From positions 82,336,001 through 82,400,000 of the forward strand of contig OX597814.1 of the NCBI GenBank assembly GCA_951406725.2: a stretch of 64,000 nucleotides of DNA, given 5' to 3'. Source of the stretch: Octopus vulgaris (taxonomy: Eukaryota). The stretch's first letter is position 1, and each line of letters opens with the position of its first letter. The translations under genes and the position numbers were made by a program. The notes under the pieces are model-generated. The model was given only the letters and a program-made list of their open reading frames with translations, was not told the origin of the DNA and searched no databases. This document shows positions 43,180 through 55,760 of this stretch, piece after piece.

Positions 43180-43785
43180 CAAGGGCAGGCTGAAAAGTTC
43201 ATAGGCTGACTATGGAATGATGCTAAAGCTGTGAAACCTTGTATATGCATTAATTTCAGCTGCACTGTTTCTTTCCAGGTAAACTGACATCTGACAGTTT
43301 AAAAAAGACCTCAAAAGAAACTAGTTACGACTTCTCTTGAAAATGGAGAAAATTTGGCAAACACCCAGAAAAACTGACAAAAGGATACTTGTTTCATGAG
43401 GAGAATGCTCCAGTACACAAGACCTTGGTTTCAATGGCTGCTGTGTGTGACTGTGGCTTTGAACTGGTCGATTACCCTACCCACCTGACTATGCATATAA
43501 GCCTGCTTGACTAATGACTGCTGTTACTCCATTGCTTCCAAAACAAACAACATAGTATATGGTAACACTCAACTGGAAACTAGTATTGCAGTGATGATGA
43601 CATATCTGCTGTTGATGACTTTTTTGACCAACAGGATGAAAGCATCTTCACCAACGAGATCCAAGCATTACAACACTGATAGAAGTATATGGAACACAGG
43701 ATGGAATATATTGAAAAATAAACTGCATTTGGTCACATTTCATGAGAGTACCCTGGTTAGCATATGAACTTTTCAGCCTTCATGT
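43180..43785 (+). mobile_element. Non-autonomous mariner, same family as 34243-34635
   Basis: TIRs GGCTGAAAAGTTCATA / TATGAACTTTTCAGCC, TA on the left. Internal LFHEENAPVH...CGFELVD peptide. Confidence 0.85.
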
Positions 43786-44217
43786 TGTTGGTTAGACCCA
43801 CATCAACTCTAACTTAGCTGATCTGTAATTAAAGGTATTCCACAGAGTAGGTCTAGAGCTATATTATTCCAAATGTCATTTTTTTTACTGAAGACAGGAT
43901 ACAATAGTAAGTCAACTGCCATGTAAAATACTCCCACTTAATTCCCACATAAGCATGTTCAATGAAATGACCCTCTATAATGTTAAACATGGATTATAAA
44001 TTCATATTAAGTGCAGGTATCTACATTTGCAAAGAAAGCATTTAATCTTATATATCACATTTCAACAAGGTATTAAGACAGGTTAGGTGCCATGGAGTGG
44101 GACTGAACCCGGAACCATGTGGTTGGTAAGCAAGCCACTCCTGCGCCTACGTTAAATCATCTGAAGATGACCAATGTTTGTTGCAGAAATTCAGTCTATG
44201 GTTCTGTACTCCAGTAC

Positions 44218-44422
44218 CTAAACCTTTTAGCACTCAAACCAGCCTAAATATTCTACTTGCTTTATGTTCAAACTGGCCAGATCCAGCATCTCACACTTAC
44301 CAGACCATGTCATTCTAAAAATAAACTATCACTTATCGAAGTTTCAAAGCTGTGAGATAATGCAGGATTAATTCAAAATAATGTGATACATTTGAGAAAG
44401 AAATGTGAATGATAAAAGGTCA
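44218..44422. mobile_element. piggyBac-type MITE, reverse orientation
   Basis: Reverse complement of the 59613-59818 family. Confidence 0.7.
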
Positions 44423-44699
44423 AATTGTATTGTTTATATTAATATCCTACTCCTTGTCTGTTGCTGTCACCAGTTTTCATTCATAAAGAACAGATTCGAC
44501 AAAAGATACATGCTCAGATCATCACATTGTGGTATATATGATTAACCACAGCAGTCTAGAAAAGTTTAAACTGAGTTGTCAATTGCTCCTAAAATTCTGA
44601 ACATACACTGTTATACATATAAGCCTGCTTGATTAATGACTGCAGTTACTCCATTGCTTTCAAAACAAATAGCATAGTATATATGGTAACAGAGTGATT

Positions 44700-47394
44700 A
44701 AAATACAAGAAAAGTAATGATCCATAACTTACTTAAATAATACAAACATTGTAAAGCAAACCAAAATGTTTTTTCAACTTGATATGAGAAATACTATCCA
44801 GCATAGAAATCTAATGAAATATAGTTAGTGATACAGTGTTTTCTCCAACAGCCTACAGCAATAATTTGCATTTTAATTCATGGAAATTGAGTCACTGTAT
44901 AACTGGCAAGTAAGTCATTGGCTTCCTGTGTTGAGATCAAGTCCTTTCCAGGACTACTAAAGAAATGCAAAGCAGATATCACCAAACCAATGGACATTCA
45001 ACAGTTATCAGATAAATCCACTAAGGGAAAATTCATGAAAGAAAACAAATATTAGAAAAATTGTATTTTTAAACTTAAAGGTACCAAAGTATAACAATGT
45101 ATGTTAGCTTCTCAACTATGATTTTGTGTTACAAATCTCAGTATGAAACATTCAGAAATAAGTTAGTATGATACTACTGATCAAATAGTTATGAAGTTTT
45201 TTCTTTCCAGTAAGCAATATGGCACTTGTTGAATTCCAGATTATTCATACCTGAAATAGACTCAAATTACACCGCTCGTGTAGCAAAGTAAATAGTCTAA
45301 AAGAAAACGTGTAATTAGAATAACAACATATGTGATTAACAACTTCACTCTCGATAGTTAATTTAATAAAATTACTATAACTTTAAATCAATCTTATAAA
45401 ATAGAAGCTGATCTTCGTCTGCCTATCCATAACAGCATCTATGTAGAATAGAGGTAAGGGGAGATAACCCATCACAACGTTACAAAGGGAAGGGAGAGAA
45501 AAAGTTGATTTGTGTGAGAGAGAGAGAGAGAGTGAGTGTTATCATCATAGCCATTAACAAGTTTTGATTAAAAACATGAGAATTTCAGGTGCAAGTCTGT
45601 CAGCACAATGCAACAGCATTAAAAAAAATTATATATACATATAATACGTGGTTATTTCTTTGGTTGATTTGTGTGTGTATTTCTCTGTGTTTTTGCATGT
45701 TTTTCAACATATAGGCATCGCAATACAAACTTGAAAAAATTTTCACAATGGCAAGTTGCTGTTGTTGAGAGAAAAATAGTGAGAGAGTGTGTGAAACATG
45801 GAATTAAAATTTGTTTCACGATCTATTTCATCTTGACTATGTTGATACTCAGCAGTATAGCAACAGGTAATGACTAGTTTTCAATGATTGGCAATTAATT
45901 TTTTGTAATTGAAAACTACTCTGGTTCTCAGATTGAACAACACAAAACAATATTAGCTTAAAAGATATCTTTAATGAAAATACATTCAGAAGACATACAT
46001 AGTAATTTGAAGGTTAAAGAAGCATAAGTCCCTGACAATCTTCAAGGGTTGAAGAGATTTCTCTTTTAACAACAGGACAGTTACCACTCCAAAGATAAAG
46101 AGTATTAATGAATAATAAAAAAAATAATAATTTAGATGCCATAAAAAAGAGAGGGCAACTATTTTAAATGAAGCAAAAGCTTAATTCCATTTTTGTTTTT
46201 CCCAGTCGCTATGAATATAGTCTTGTTCTACAAATAAAATTTTCAAGAACATTTTAAATGCAAAGCAGCAGCTAACTGAAGCTTCTTAAAACTATAAACA
46301 CATGGGCAAATGATAGGACAAACATGAAAAAAAAAAAAAAAAAAAAAAATCAAATAATGGTTTTTTTACAACATTATATTATATTAAACCAAATATAAAC
46401 AAATGTTGTTAATATGCAAGAATATATCATAAGCATCAAACTGAGAACATAAATAAATATACCCATGTGTGCATTAATTATAACACACAGCTTGATATTA
46501 AGTGTTACTAAGAGATCTAGCTGATAAAAATCCATTTCATTAAATGTTTTCTTCGAATTATCTTGCAATTTCATAAATTATTTTTTCTCTATTTTTCTTA
46601 CTAAAGAGATTTTTTGATACAAGGAAAAAAAATCCTCATCAAAATCAGCATCAAGTTTCAAAAGGAAACTTGAAAAAATCTGAAAAGTGCCCGACTCGGT
46701 CCATAACAGTTATTTCAGGTTAAAACTGATACAATTGTATAAATGTTATGAAAAGCAGTTCATTTTCAATAAAACATTCTGAAGAAATTAATCTGAAATA
46801 TAGTATGCATTTCTTCTTTTTTGTTTTGTTTCTGCACTCACCTAAAAGATCATTTTAATATATGAGTTATATATATCAAGATGCAATACAATTTATTTTT
46901 TTTTACAAAATTTAACAATGCTTTTAAGTAGAAAATTTGTCAGTTATTTTGATTTTATATAATTTAATAAAGTTGTTTTCCTACTGGCAAACTTTATAAA
47001 CAAAAGAAAGTGTTCATTGCAATTTATATCATCTGCATATTTTCTAAAGTTTTCTTTTTACTCATTGAGTTAATTTCAAGCAGAAGTATATCTTATATAA
47101 ATGCATTCTGCTAACCAATAACTGCTAGCGGTGTACATTTAGTTTAGATTTCTTCAACTAGGAATAATTTAAAGGATAAAAATGCAAGATATAGTTATAG
47201 TATATAAGGAGTGGTAAAAGCCAGTTTTCAGAACCTCAGTAACATATTTTAAGAATAAAAATAATAGTAATAACAGTTAACATTACTTTTTAGTGGTAAT
47301 CATGGTTACGAAGTTATCACTGATAACTTAGTAAAAATGTGAAAATCACATTGCTAATAGTCACAGGATGCTCTTTAACTCAAACTGCCTAACA
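44700..47394 (-). other. Probable PDAP1 3' UTR / downstream region, with candidate AATAAA at 46897-46892
   Basis: AT-rich stretch after the stop codon with no recognisable transposon, unlike the introns. The true 3' end cannot be fixed from sequence. Confidence 0.45.
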
Positions 47395-47444
47395 TCAAGA
47401 TTTCCCTTTCAGTTTATTTGCCGTAGATTTGGCACAATCTTTGG
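47395..47444 (-). CDS. PDAP1: PDAP1 last coding exon (AKDCAKSTANKLKGKS*)
   Basis: Poly-T tract plus tttcag acceptor. The phase-1 junction gives K-AKD as in other PDAP1 proteins. TGA stop at 47397-47395. Confidence 0.82.
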
Positions 47445-48972
47445 CTGAAATTACAAAAAAAAAAAAAAAATAATAAATAAATAAGTATAAAACAATAAAA
47501 TGTTTAATTAATTACAATCTGGAAATATCAATATATATATATATGTAAACAATCAATAATCAACAAGCTACAGTAGCATCCACCCTTAGGGGTTAGCCAC
47601 ATTTAAGTGGCAAAAATACTTCACTATGTAAACAATATTACAACAGAAATAAGAGATTTATATTAAAATATTTGATACATCTGTTCTGTTTACACCTAGA
47701 ATATACAGTAAACAAAATGAATTTACTAATACCACTATCACATGTCAGGAAGAGTCCATAACAGTATTTGGTCAATGCAACTGATCAATATCAGTGCAGA
47801 GAAGGATCCACTCTTAATCAGTTGTTACATGATGGCACAGCTGGTATATTTACCCAACTGTTTACACATCAGAAACAGCCAGTATATTTATCTATATCAC
47901 ATTTATCACCAAATAAAAATGCAATGGTAATGAAATTAATTTCCTGGACTTATGAATCTTAATTTGAAACCCTGCATCAAACAGTGAAACTAGTGACCAA
48001 GAAAGCACAATACACCAAGTAGCTGGAAAAGAAGTTCTTTTCCAGTAATATGATAATGTCAGTTTTGCTTCAAATGTCTTTTTGTATGTTCTCGCTTACT
48101 AACATGTGTTGAATAAGTCAACAAAATTTGATTTGATTAAGTGCTTTTATAAACTAATAATGAATTATTAAAACCATTATAACATGAGTGTTGTTCCTCA
48201 CTTTAATTTTATGAAAAAAATTTAAAATTGATTATACTTTAATTGAACATAATTTTTGTATTTCCTGTTTTACTTCAGTTTTTTTAATCCTAAATTGAGG
48301 CTTTCACAAATTTAAAGATTAAAATACTGTTGGAGAATTTTTCGTTTTTTTTTTTCTTTTACAGTTGTGTGTAATTTCTTTTGCTAACCAATCAACAATG
48401 AAGCTAGGGTGAAACCCACTAGCTAGTAAAGTAAATTCCCTAACTCAGTGACGTAACAGAAAGGCAGAAGTAAGGTTCAAACAACTTAGCCATTGTACCT
48501 CAAAAGAAATCTTTATTTCAATTGTTCTGCTAACATAGAAATTAATCTTACAAGAACAACTATCTTTATATAAAAAAAAATCCTGTTTCTGAAATAGCAT
48601 TTTAAGTGCAGGGGTAGCAATGGAAGTTCATTTCTCAAACATCTGGTTTCAGTTTCAGTTCCACTCAGCAGCACTTTGAGCAAATGTCTTCTATTGTAGC
48701 GTGAGCTGACTCAAGTCTTGTGAGTGAATCTGATAGAGAATGAAAGAGACGTGTGCGTGTACGCATGTATACATGCTGATATGTGTGTTTGTTTACACTT
48801 TTGCTTGTTTCATATCTTCAAAGCCACATAGAATAAGAGATCCTTTACTTGAAAAATAGGTAACGGTTAGTGATAGGAAGGGCATCTGGCTGTAATGTCT
48901 CAATAACATTCATGTATCCCATACAAGCAAAGAAACAACTGTAAAATTGAGTGAATGTATAAGTCCTATTAC

Positions 48973-49124
48973 CTTTTTTGTCATCTTCACGTCTCTTAGC
49001 AGACTCTTCTCTTTGTTTCTTTATAAGTGCTAAACGAGCAAGATCTGCTCTGGCTTCTTCTGTTTTGCCCATTACATGGAGTTGCTGATACCTAATTCGA
49101 GCTTGTTGTTTTTCAATTTCTTCC
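48973..49124 (-). CDS. PDAP1: PDAP1 exon ([50 protein letters not shown])
   Basis: tttcag acceptor, GTAATA donor, 152 bp phase 2/1. Contains the PP28-domain core GKTE.A.ADLARLA.I.KQREE. Confidence 0.96.
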
Positions 49125-49299
49125 CTGAAAAATGTTTCAGAAATATATCTATTTGCATATTTTTGAAAAAAAAAAAGTTAATACAAGCTCAAAAGTGTCA
49201 ACATAGTGTTAATTGAAAAGAACTATTACAGCATGTAACAAAAATTTTGTTTTTGTCTTTGGTTAATAAGTTTTATTTCCTATTTGCTTCTATCGAGAA

Positions 49300-49625
49300 A
49301 AAAATGACTACTTTTCCCTTCAAACTTTACTCTTGTGACTTGGATACCAATATTTTGAAACTGACCTATTTTCCATTACATTTCAGACAAATTCAGCACT
49401 GAGTTGCTGAAGCAGAAATATCTGTAGCAAATATTCTGCTCAATACCAGAGATTTGCTCATCAGTTGCTTAACCATAAGCACTTGAGCATGTCCCTCAGA
49501 GGCTGATAATATGGGTATCTCTGATCATAAGCAAGAGTAGTAGGGGAGAATTGTAGCCATGTGTTGAGAGAGATTCTTTGAGGTTTAAATAAATGTAAAA
49601 AAAGCAAAGTTTGAAGGAAATATTA
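49300..49625. mobile_element. MITE-like element with imperfect inverted ends
   Basis: CCTTCAAACTTT near 49317 and AAAGTTTGAAGG near 49606. Homologous to 9340-9552. Confidence 0.6.
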
Positions 49626-51604
49626 GCCATATAGGAAATAACAGTTGCTACCAAAGGACAAAAATCAATGTACAAAGTGTTATTGGTTAATTACATAGAT
49701 GGATTAGTAATTACTTTCAAGTAAAAGAAAATTTTCAAAAAACACAATGCAAACAAAATATGAATTAGCAAACAATCCGTTATACAAATTTTCATGTCAG
49801 ACCTAATTCACTAAGCTATAACTAAAATAAATGAAATTCAAAATTTTTCAAAGGGTAATATTTGAAAAAGAGAATAGGAGAATCAAATTCAATAAGAATG
49901 TTTCTTTCTATTTTTTGAAGCTATGATTGTGATGCGTAAATTTCCAAAGATACTGACAAAACAGCTTTAATGAGAATTAGTTGACTGTTTTTGGACGCTT
50001 GTTGCTTTATGTCTATAAGTGATCTTCACTTGTGCACTGGTGTGAATTTGTGCGTATTTGCATTAACATTATATATTTTTAAAAAAAGCAGAAAAGGATC
50101 TAGTTATTAAGCATCTGATCCTGATTATCACAGAAGAGTTAATCAAAGTTAATACAGTGGGTAATAAGATCTATTTGGTTTACTGAAGGAATTTTAGTAA
50201 TTAGATTATTTCAAATTAAATTTAAAATATATTTTTACATCCACCAGTGACTTCAAAACAATTTTTTGCAATAGCTTAACCCTTTCATTACTAACCTGAC
50301 CAAAATAACTTATTCACAATTAAATGAAAATTTCAATGCAAATCTTGTTACATTCGTGGAAATGCATCTTTTCAATTGTGCTATACTGTCTGACATTTTT
50401 TAACACGAATATTTTCTCCAGCAGTTTTTCTACATTAAATTTTCTTTCACTCTTACATAAAAAAAAAATGTTATTTCATATTCACAAACAGCAGCAGCAA
50501 AATCAAATGAAAAGTGCAGCAAGTATATCCATGCCTGACGGACATATTGATTCCTAATAGCAAAAGCAGCAACTTCAACAATATTGATGATGGGATAATG
50601 AGTTTTTACCAGAAACAAACCGAAGTAAAAATTTAAGAACTATTTATCCTGAAAATTAATCAGATGAAATTGGACCTAGAGAGTCTTTCTGATGAGTCAA
50701 AAATACTTGACTATTTCTTTAAATTTCATTTATCCCTGTTCAATTATTCCAGACAATGTCAGAAACAAACTTATGTAGAATGTGGTTGTCTCCATGGTTG
50801 GGGAAAATATGAGTACTTCTTGCTACAAACATTAACCATGGACATTAGGAAGCTGCCCACAATTACAAACTGCTAGAGTATGGATGAAACTTTTGACAAC
50901 CTACCAGCACATTTTAAATATAATGATATGAACACACTTGATGTTATGTCAGTACTTTATAAGACACTAACAGCACACCAGTATATGGAGTGGATTATGA
51001 TAACCCCTTATCTAAAATAACACCATCTTCAATACTGTTGAAAAGATTTTAAAATCTATTACAGACTAGGAAGGTGACTGTTTATTGATAGTTAGAAAAC
51101 CCTTGAAGGTTTCCAATAGGCACTATACACCAGACAAATCTACAAAATAGGAGATCCAAGTTTGGAAGATTAATGAGGAGAGTACTGGATATTGGCGTGG
51201 GGTTAATCTTTATAGAGGGGAAAAGGACAGTGATGCAAGACAATATCACCTAGAGTATGATGTATGGAAATTATCATTTTAATATCATAACCAGAGTTGT
51301 ATGCTATTTTTTGATCAGTTTTTCAATGGTCAACTTGTATTGAATATAGAGGTTACAGCAACATATGTGCTAGTGAATACAAATAGAAAAAGAGTTGTAA
51401 ATGGATATAAACAAAAAGTGCAGAATTAAAAAAAATTAGGTGAAATAATTCAACAGAAAGAAAATTTGCTTGCATACAGAGATAAGCAGCAACTACATGT
51501 GAATGAAAACAAAGCAATACAACTATCTATAGTTCTGGGTAGAGATGGTTATAAAAAATTTACTATCGAGAGATAGGCCAGGGATGCATCTTTTTGAATT
51601 CAGC

Positions 51605-52875
51605 CCATCATCATCGTTTAACGTCTGCTTTCCATGCTGGCATGGGTTGGATGGTTAGGCTGAGGATAGGCGAACCAGGCACCAATCTGATCTGGCAAAG
51701 TTTCTACAGCTGGATGCCCTTCCTAACACCAACCACTCCGAGGGTGTAATGGGTGCTTTTACGTACCCCCGGCATGAGGGCCAGTCAGACGGCACTGGCA
51801 ATGACCACACTCAAAAGGTGTTTTTTTACGTGCCACCTGCACGGGAGCCAGTCTCGTGGCACTGGCAATGACCACGCTACAATGTTGTTTTTCACATGCC
51901 ACAAGCACATGTGTCAGTAAGGTGACGCTGGCAACGATCACGCTCGAATGGTGCTTTTTATGTGCCACTGGCATGGGAGCCAGTCAGCGACCTTGGCAAC
52001 GATCATGCTCAGATGGTACTTTTAACGTTCCACTGGTACGAGTGCCAATTAGGTGGTTCTGTCAGCGATTTTGATTTCACTTGCCTCAACAGGTCTTCGC
52101 AAGCAAAGTTTATTGTCACATGAATGAAGGGTTCTCATAAGTGGGCTGGTTATACACCACTGGCACAGGCCATGAGTTATGGTCTCACTTGGCTTGCTGG
52201 GTCTTCTCAAGTACAGCATACCTCCAAAGGTCTCAGTCACTAGTCATTGCCTTAGTGAGGCCTAATGTTTGATGGTTGTGCTTCATCCCAGGTCTTCCTG
52301 GGTCTACCTCTTCCACAAGTACCCTCAACTACTAGGGTGTGACACTTTTTCACACAGCTGTCCACATCCACTCGCAACACACGAACATACCAGCACAGCC
52401 GTCTCTTTTGTACAGCACATCTGATGCTTCTTAAGTTCAACTTTTCTCTCAGGGCGCTTACACTCTGTCGTGTATGCACACTGACATTACACATCCAGGG
52501 GAGCATATCGGCTTCATTCCTTGCAAGCTTACACATGTCATCAGCAGCCATGGTCCATGTTTCACTGCCATGTAGCATGGCTGTTCATACACATGCGCTA
52601 TAATTTACTATCAGGAGATAGGCCAGGGATGTGAGAGGCCCTTTGTCACCAGCAGAAGTGGGAACTCTCTGAACTTTGCCCAGGCTATACTTATCTAGCA
52701 GCTACACTTTCAGAGCATCCACCCCTGCTACTGACTTGGTCCCTAGGTAACGGAAGCTACCAACTACTACTAGTTTTTCTCCTTGGAATGTGACAGAAGC
52801 TGTTCTCTGCACATTTTCAGTGTTTATTGCTCCTGAGCATTTGCCACATACAAAAACTATCTTCCCAGTTAGCCT
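51605..52875 (-). mobile_element. 5'-truncated RTE LINE with complete 3' UTR
   Basis: Peptide MLHGSETW...RRLCWY..V.R...GRGRPRKTWD, ~60-bp UTR tandem repeats and a (GAT)n tail. Same family as 35985-37020 and 1-645. Confidence 0.9.
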
Positions 52876-53224
52876 TCCTTCTCCATAATAAAAAAAAATA
52901 AATAAAAAAAAACCCAAAACAAAGAAAGTGAACCATGAATGCCAACAAAAAGAAAGAAAACTCCTAGTGGACAGTTAATTGAAACAACTTTCCAATGTGT
53001 ATTCTGCCAGGTTGCATTATGAGCAGCAAGATGATGGTTTACAAGTTTCTGACAGAAATATTAACTTGTATATTTGTGTGTGTGCATCTGTGTATAATCT
53101 GACTTTTAGAAAATCATTGTGTACTTCTGTATGTGTGTGCTGTGTATATATTTGTGAATCTCTATCATTTTGTATTTTATCTCAAACAAACCCCAGTATT
53201 TCATGCTATTTTACCTTTATGGTC

Positions 53225-53267
<43 letters not shown>

Positions 53268-53363
53268 AAGTTCAAATGAAAATTTAACAATAGGCACAAT
53301 TTATATTACAATTTTGTTACATTATTTACATTTGATGGATATTTGTCCTCATCTTGTTTGTTG

Positions 53364-53408
53364 TTAACACATTTCAGCTGATATACCCTCCAGCCTTCAT
53401 CAGGTGTC
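53364..53408 (-). ncRNA. Minimal hammerhead ribozyme motif (inverted copy)
   Basis: The minus strand reads GACAC-CTGATGA-A-GGCTG gagggtatat CAGCT-GAAA-TGTGTT. Confidence 0.65.
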
Positions 53409-53961
53409 TTGGGGAAATTTCAAACCTGGGTTCTCATTTCTAAGGTATTTTTCGATATTATTATTATCCTGTCACAAGGATGGTATTCCATTAAGACCTA
53501 TAGTGAGCTGTAGAGATTCAGCATGTCATCCACTGAGCCACTTCCTTATGGATATAATCAGTCCATTAGCACGAAAGTCAACATCGTATGTGAAGAATTT
53601 CACCCACTTCACAGAACTGATTGTGTATGGAGAAATGGAGACCACTTCTCCCTGTGTGATGAAGTTAAAATAATAGACAGATAACACCACTGGAAAATAA
53701 TGAAAAATAAAGGAAGCAGTACATATGCTAGGACACAACAACCTCCTAAACAGACAGAGTGCAGATATGAATAGCATTTGGGAACTGGTATTAAGGAAGG
53801 ATAGGAAAATATTAGATTTATAAGCCCCCAAAAATTCACTCCATAATTCCCCACAGGCAACTAATGCCAAGATTCCGAGTTCGATACCAGGCAGTGACCT
53901 GAACAACAACAACATCGAAAAATACCTTGAGATTGAGAACCCAGGCTCGAAATTTCCCCAA

Positions 53962-54005
53962 GACACCTGATGAAAGCTGGAGGGTATATCAACCGAAACA
54001 TGTTA
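53962..54005 (+). ncRNA. Minimal hammerhead ribozyme motif (PLE type), partly decayed
   Basis: GACAC-CTGATGA(53967-53973)-A-AGCTG..CAACC-GAAA(53995-53998)-CATGTT. Stem II and III carry substitutions relative to sister copies. Confidence 0.65.
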
Positions 54006-54611
54006 ACAACAAACAAGATGAGGACAAATATCTGTGAAATGTAAATAATTTCTCATCTCTTAAATATAGAACTGTACAATTTTGTTGTATATCCATCTGA
54101 AGATTAGCTAATAGCTCATTTTCTATGGTGGATGTTCCAACAAAATTTAATTTTACATTTTACTAAATTTACTTGTATTTACATGCAATGAGATTCGTTT
54201 TGAAACCAAAAAAGAATCATATAATAGATTTACAACCTTTTGCTAGGTTCCAAAAACCAGATTAATACATCAATAAGTGACATTTGAACTCACGATTATT
54301 TCAGAATTTTAATAAAACACACAGGGGAGATAATTTAATTAGAAATATAGTAACAAAAGCATTAAAATCAGTTAAGTTTTTATAATTTTTGCTTTCACAA
54401 CCTTTCTTCAAACAGGAGCTGGAAAGCAGAATGTCTTTCCTCACATTAACTGATACTCACTTACTAGAATTAATTTGCAGCATAACAAAATGCTCAGGAT
54501 TATAAATAGAAAATGTCCAATAACAGGCATAGTACATTATTCAATTTGCTTCAGTTGAGCTTGGAACAATATCACTTCTAAAATGCAAAAGATTAAAAAA
54601 TTTTTATATAC

Positions 54612-54739
54612 CTCTCCCTTCTTGAAAGACCTTGAGCGGGATTCGGTTCCACAGTAACAGTTGCGGCTTTTTTAGTTTTGCTAACAACCCGGTTGGGGTT
54701 ATCAATATCTATAAGGTGCCCAACTCCTTTGGATTTACT
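54612..54739 (-). CDS. PDAP1: PDAP1 exon (SKSKGVGHLIDIDNPNRVVSKTKKAATVTVEPNPAQGLSRRER)
   Basis: ttccag acceptor, GTATAT donor, 128 bp phase 0/2. Contains the conserved KGV..LIDI.NPNRV and LSRRER motifs. Not in the ORF track. Confidence 0.94.
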
Positions 54740-54792
54740 CTGGAAAATTTACATTAATCATTAATAAACATAATATAAATGGTTTGAACAAT

Positions 54793-55018
54793 GTTCACTC
54801 TTTAGCACTCAAATTCTTCAATCAAATGCAATGCATATACATTCACATTGTTTTGAATTAATCATGTATTACCTTGTAGCTTCAAGATTTCAGTGATGTG
54901 ATTGTATAGTTTTAGAATGACATTGTAAGGTAGGAATGATAGGCCAAATCAGACTAGTTTGAACATAAAACAGGCAGAATATGAGCCAGATATAGCCAAT
55001 TTAAATGCTAAAGGGTTA
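54793..55018. mobile_element. piggyBac-type MITE
   Basis: CTTTAGCA...AATGCTAAAGGG, collinear with 59613-59818. Confidence 0.75.
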
Positions 55019-55557
55019 CATATTTTTAAGTTAATATCAAAAGAGAATACACAATTCAAGGACCAGGAAATGGCTAAAATCTAAAATATATAAGCTCTCA
55101 TCACCATCATTTTAATGTCCACTTTTTCATGCTTGCATGGGTCAAAATTTTTTGAAGCAGATTTTCTACAGCCAGATGCCCTTCCTGTTTCCAGTTAAGG
55201 CAATATTTTCCCACAACTAGATATGTTTCCACAGAAGATTCGAAATGAAGGACACTTCTTGCATGATAGTGACATTCATTTTCAACTATCACATGAAGTC
55301 AAGACAAGGAGACTAACACACAAGGGGTTCTTTCAGTTTGTCTATCATACCCGCTCCTTAGGATTTGGTTGGCCCAGAGCTATGGTAGAAAACACTTCCC
55401 AAGGTGCTACACAATGGGACTGAATCCAAAGCCATGTAGTTGGGAAGCAAACACCTGATGAAACTATTACACTTGTGCTTTAAATCCCAATAAGTATCTC
55501 TATATTTTTTCTGAGATGAGATTACAGTGATGACTATTTTACAGTCTATTTCCTCAT

Positions 55558-55760
55558 TTTAACCCATCAGCATATTAGGCTCAAATATTTTAGTTTTACA
55601 TTCATGCAAGCCAGATCTGGCCTCTTACACCTACCCTACAATGCCATTCTAAAATAAACAATTCTATCACTGAAATCTCAAAGCTACAAGATAATGCTTA
55701 ATTATTTTTTAAAATGTGACGAAATAAGCATTACATTTGACAGGGTAAATCTAAAAGTAC
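55558..55760. mobile_element. piggyBac-type MITE, reverse orientation
   Basis: TTAACCC start; reverse complement of the family body. Confidence 0.7.

Larger units (their letters stand above)
53319..54074 (+). mobile_element. Internally deleted Penelope-like element with inverted 5' pseudo-LTR, tRNA-like remnant and hammerhead motifs
   Basis: TSD TACAATTTTGTT at 53307-53318 and 54075-54086. RT piece HKDGIPLRPIVS..SYVKN. GIY-YIG C-terminus VKIIDR*HHWK..KEAVHM...LLNR...W. 53319-53465 is an inverted copy of about 53905-54048. Confidence 0.88.

Noticed and set aside
44155-44203. CTGAAGA...GAAA..GTC hammerhead-like spacing
   Set aside because: Stems II and III pair poorly and there is no second copy to support it. 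Could be chance or heavily decayed.
46835-46850. TTTTAG|GTGAGT recursive-splice-like motif on the minus strand
   Set aside because: It lies in the presumed 3' UTR region, not a long intron, and a single occurrence is compatible with chance.
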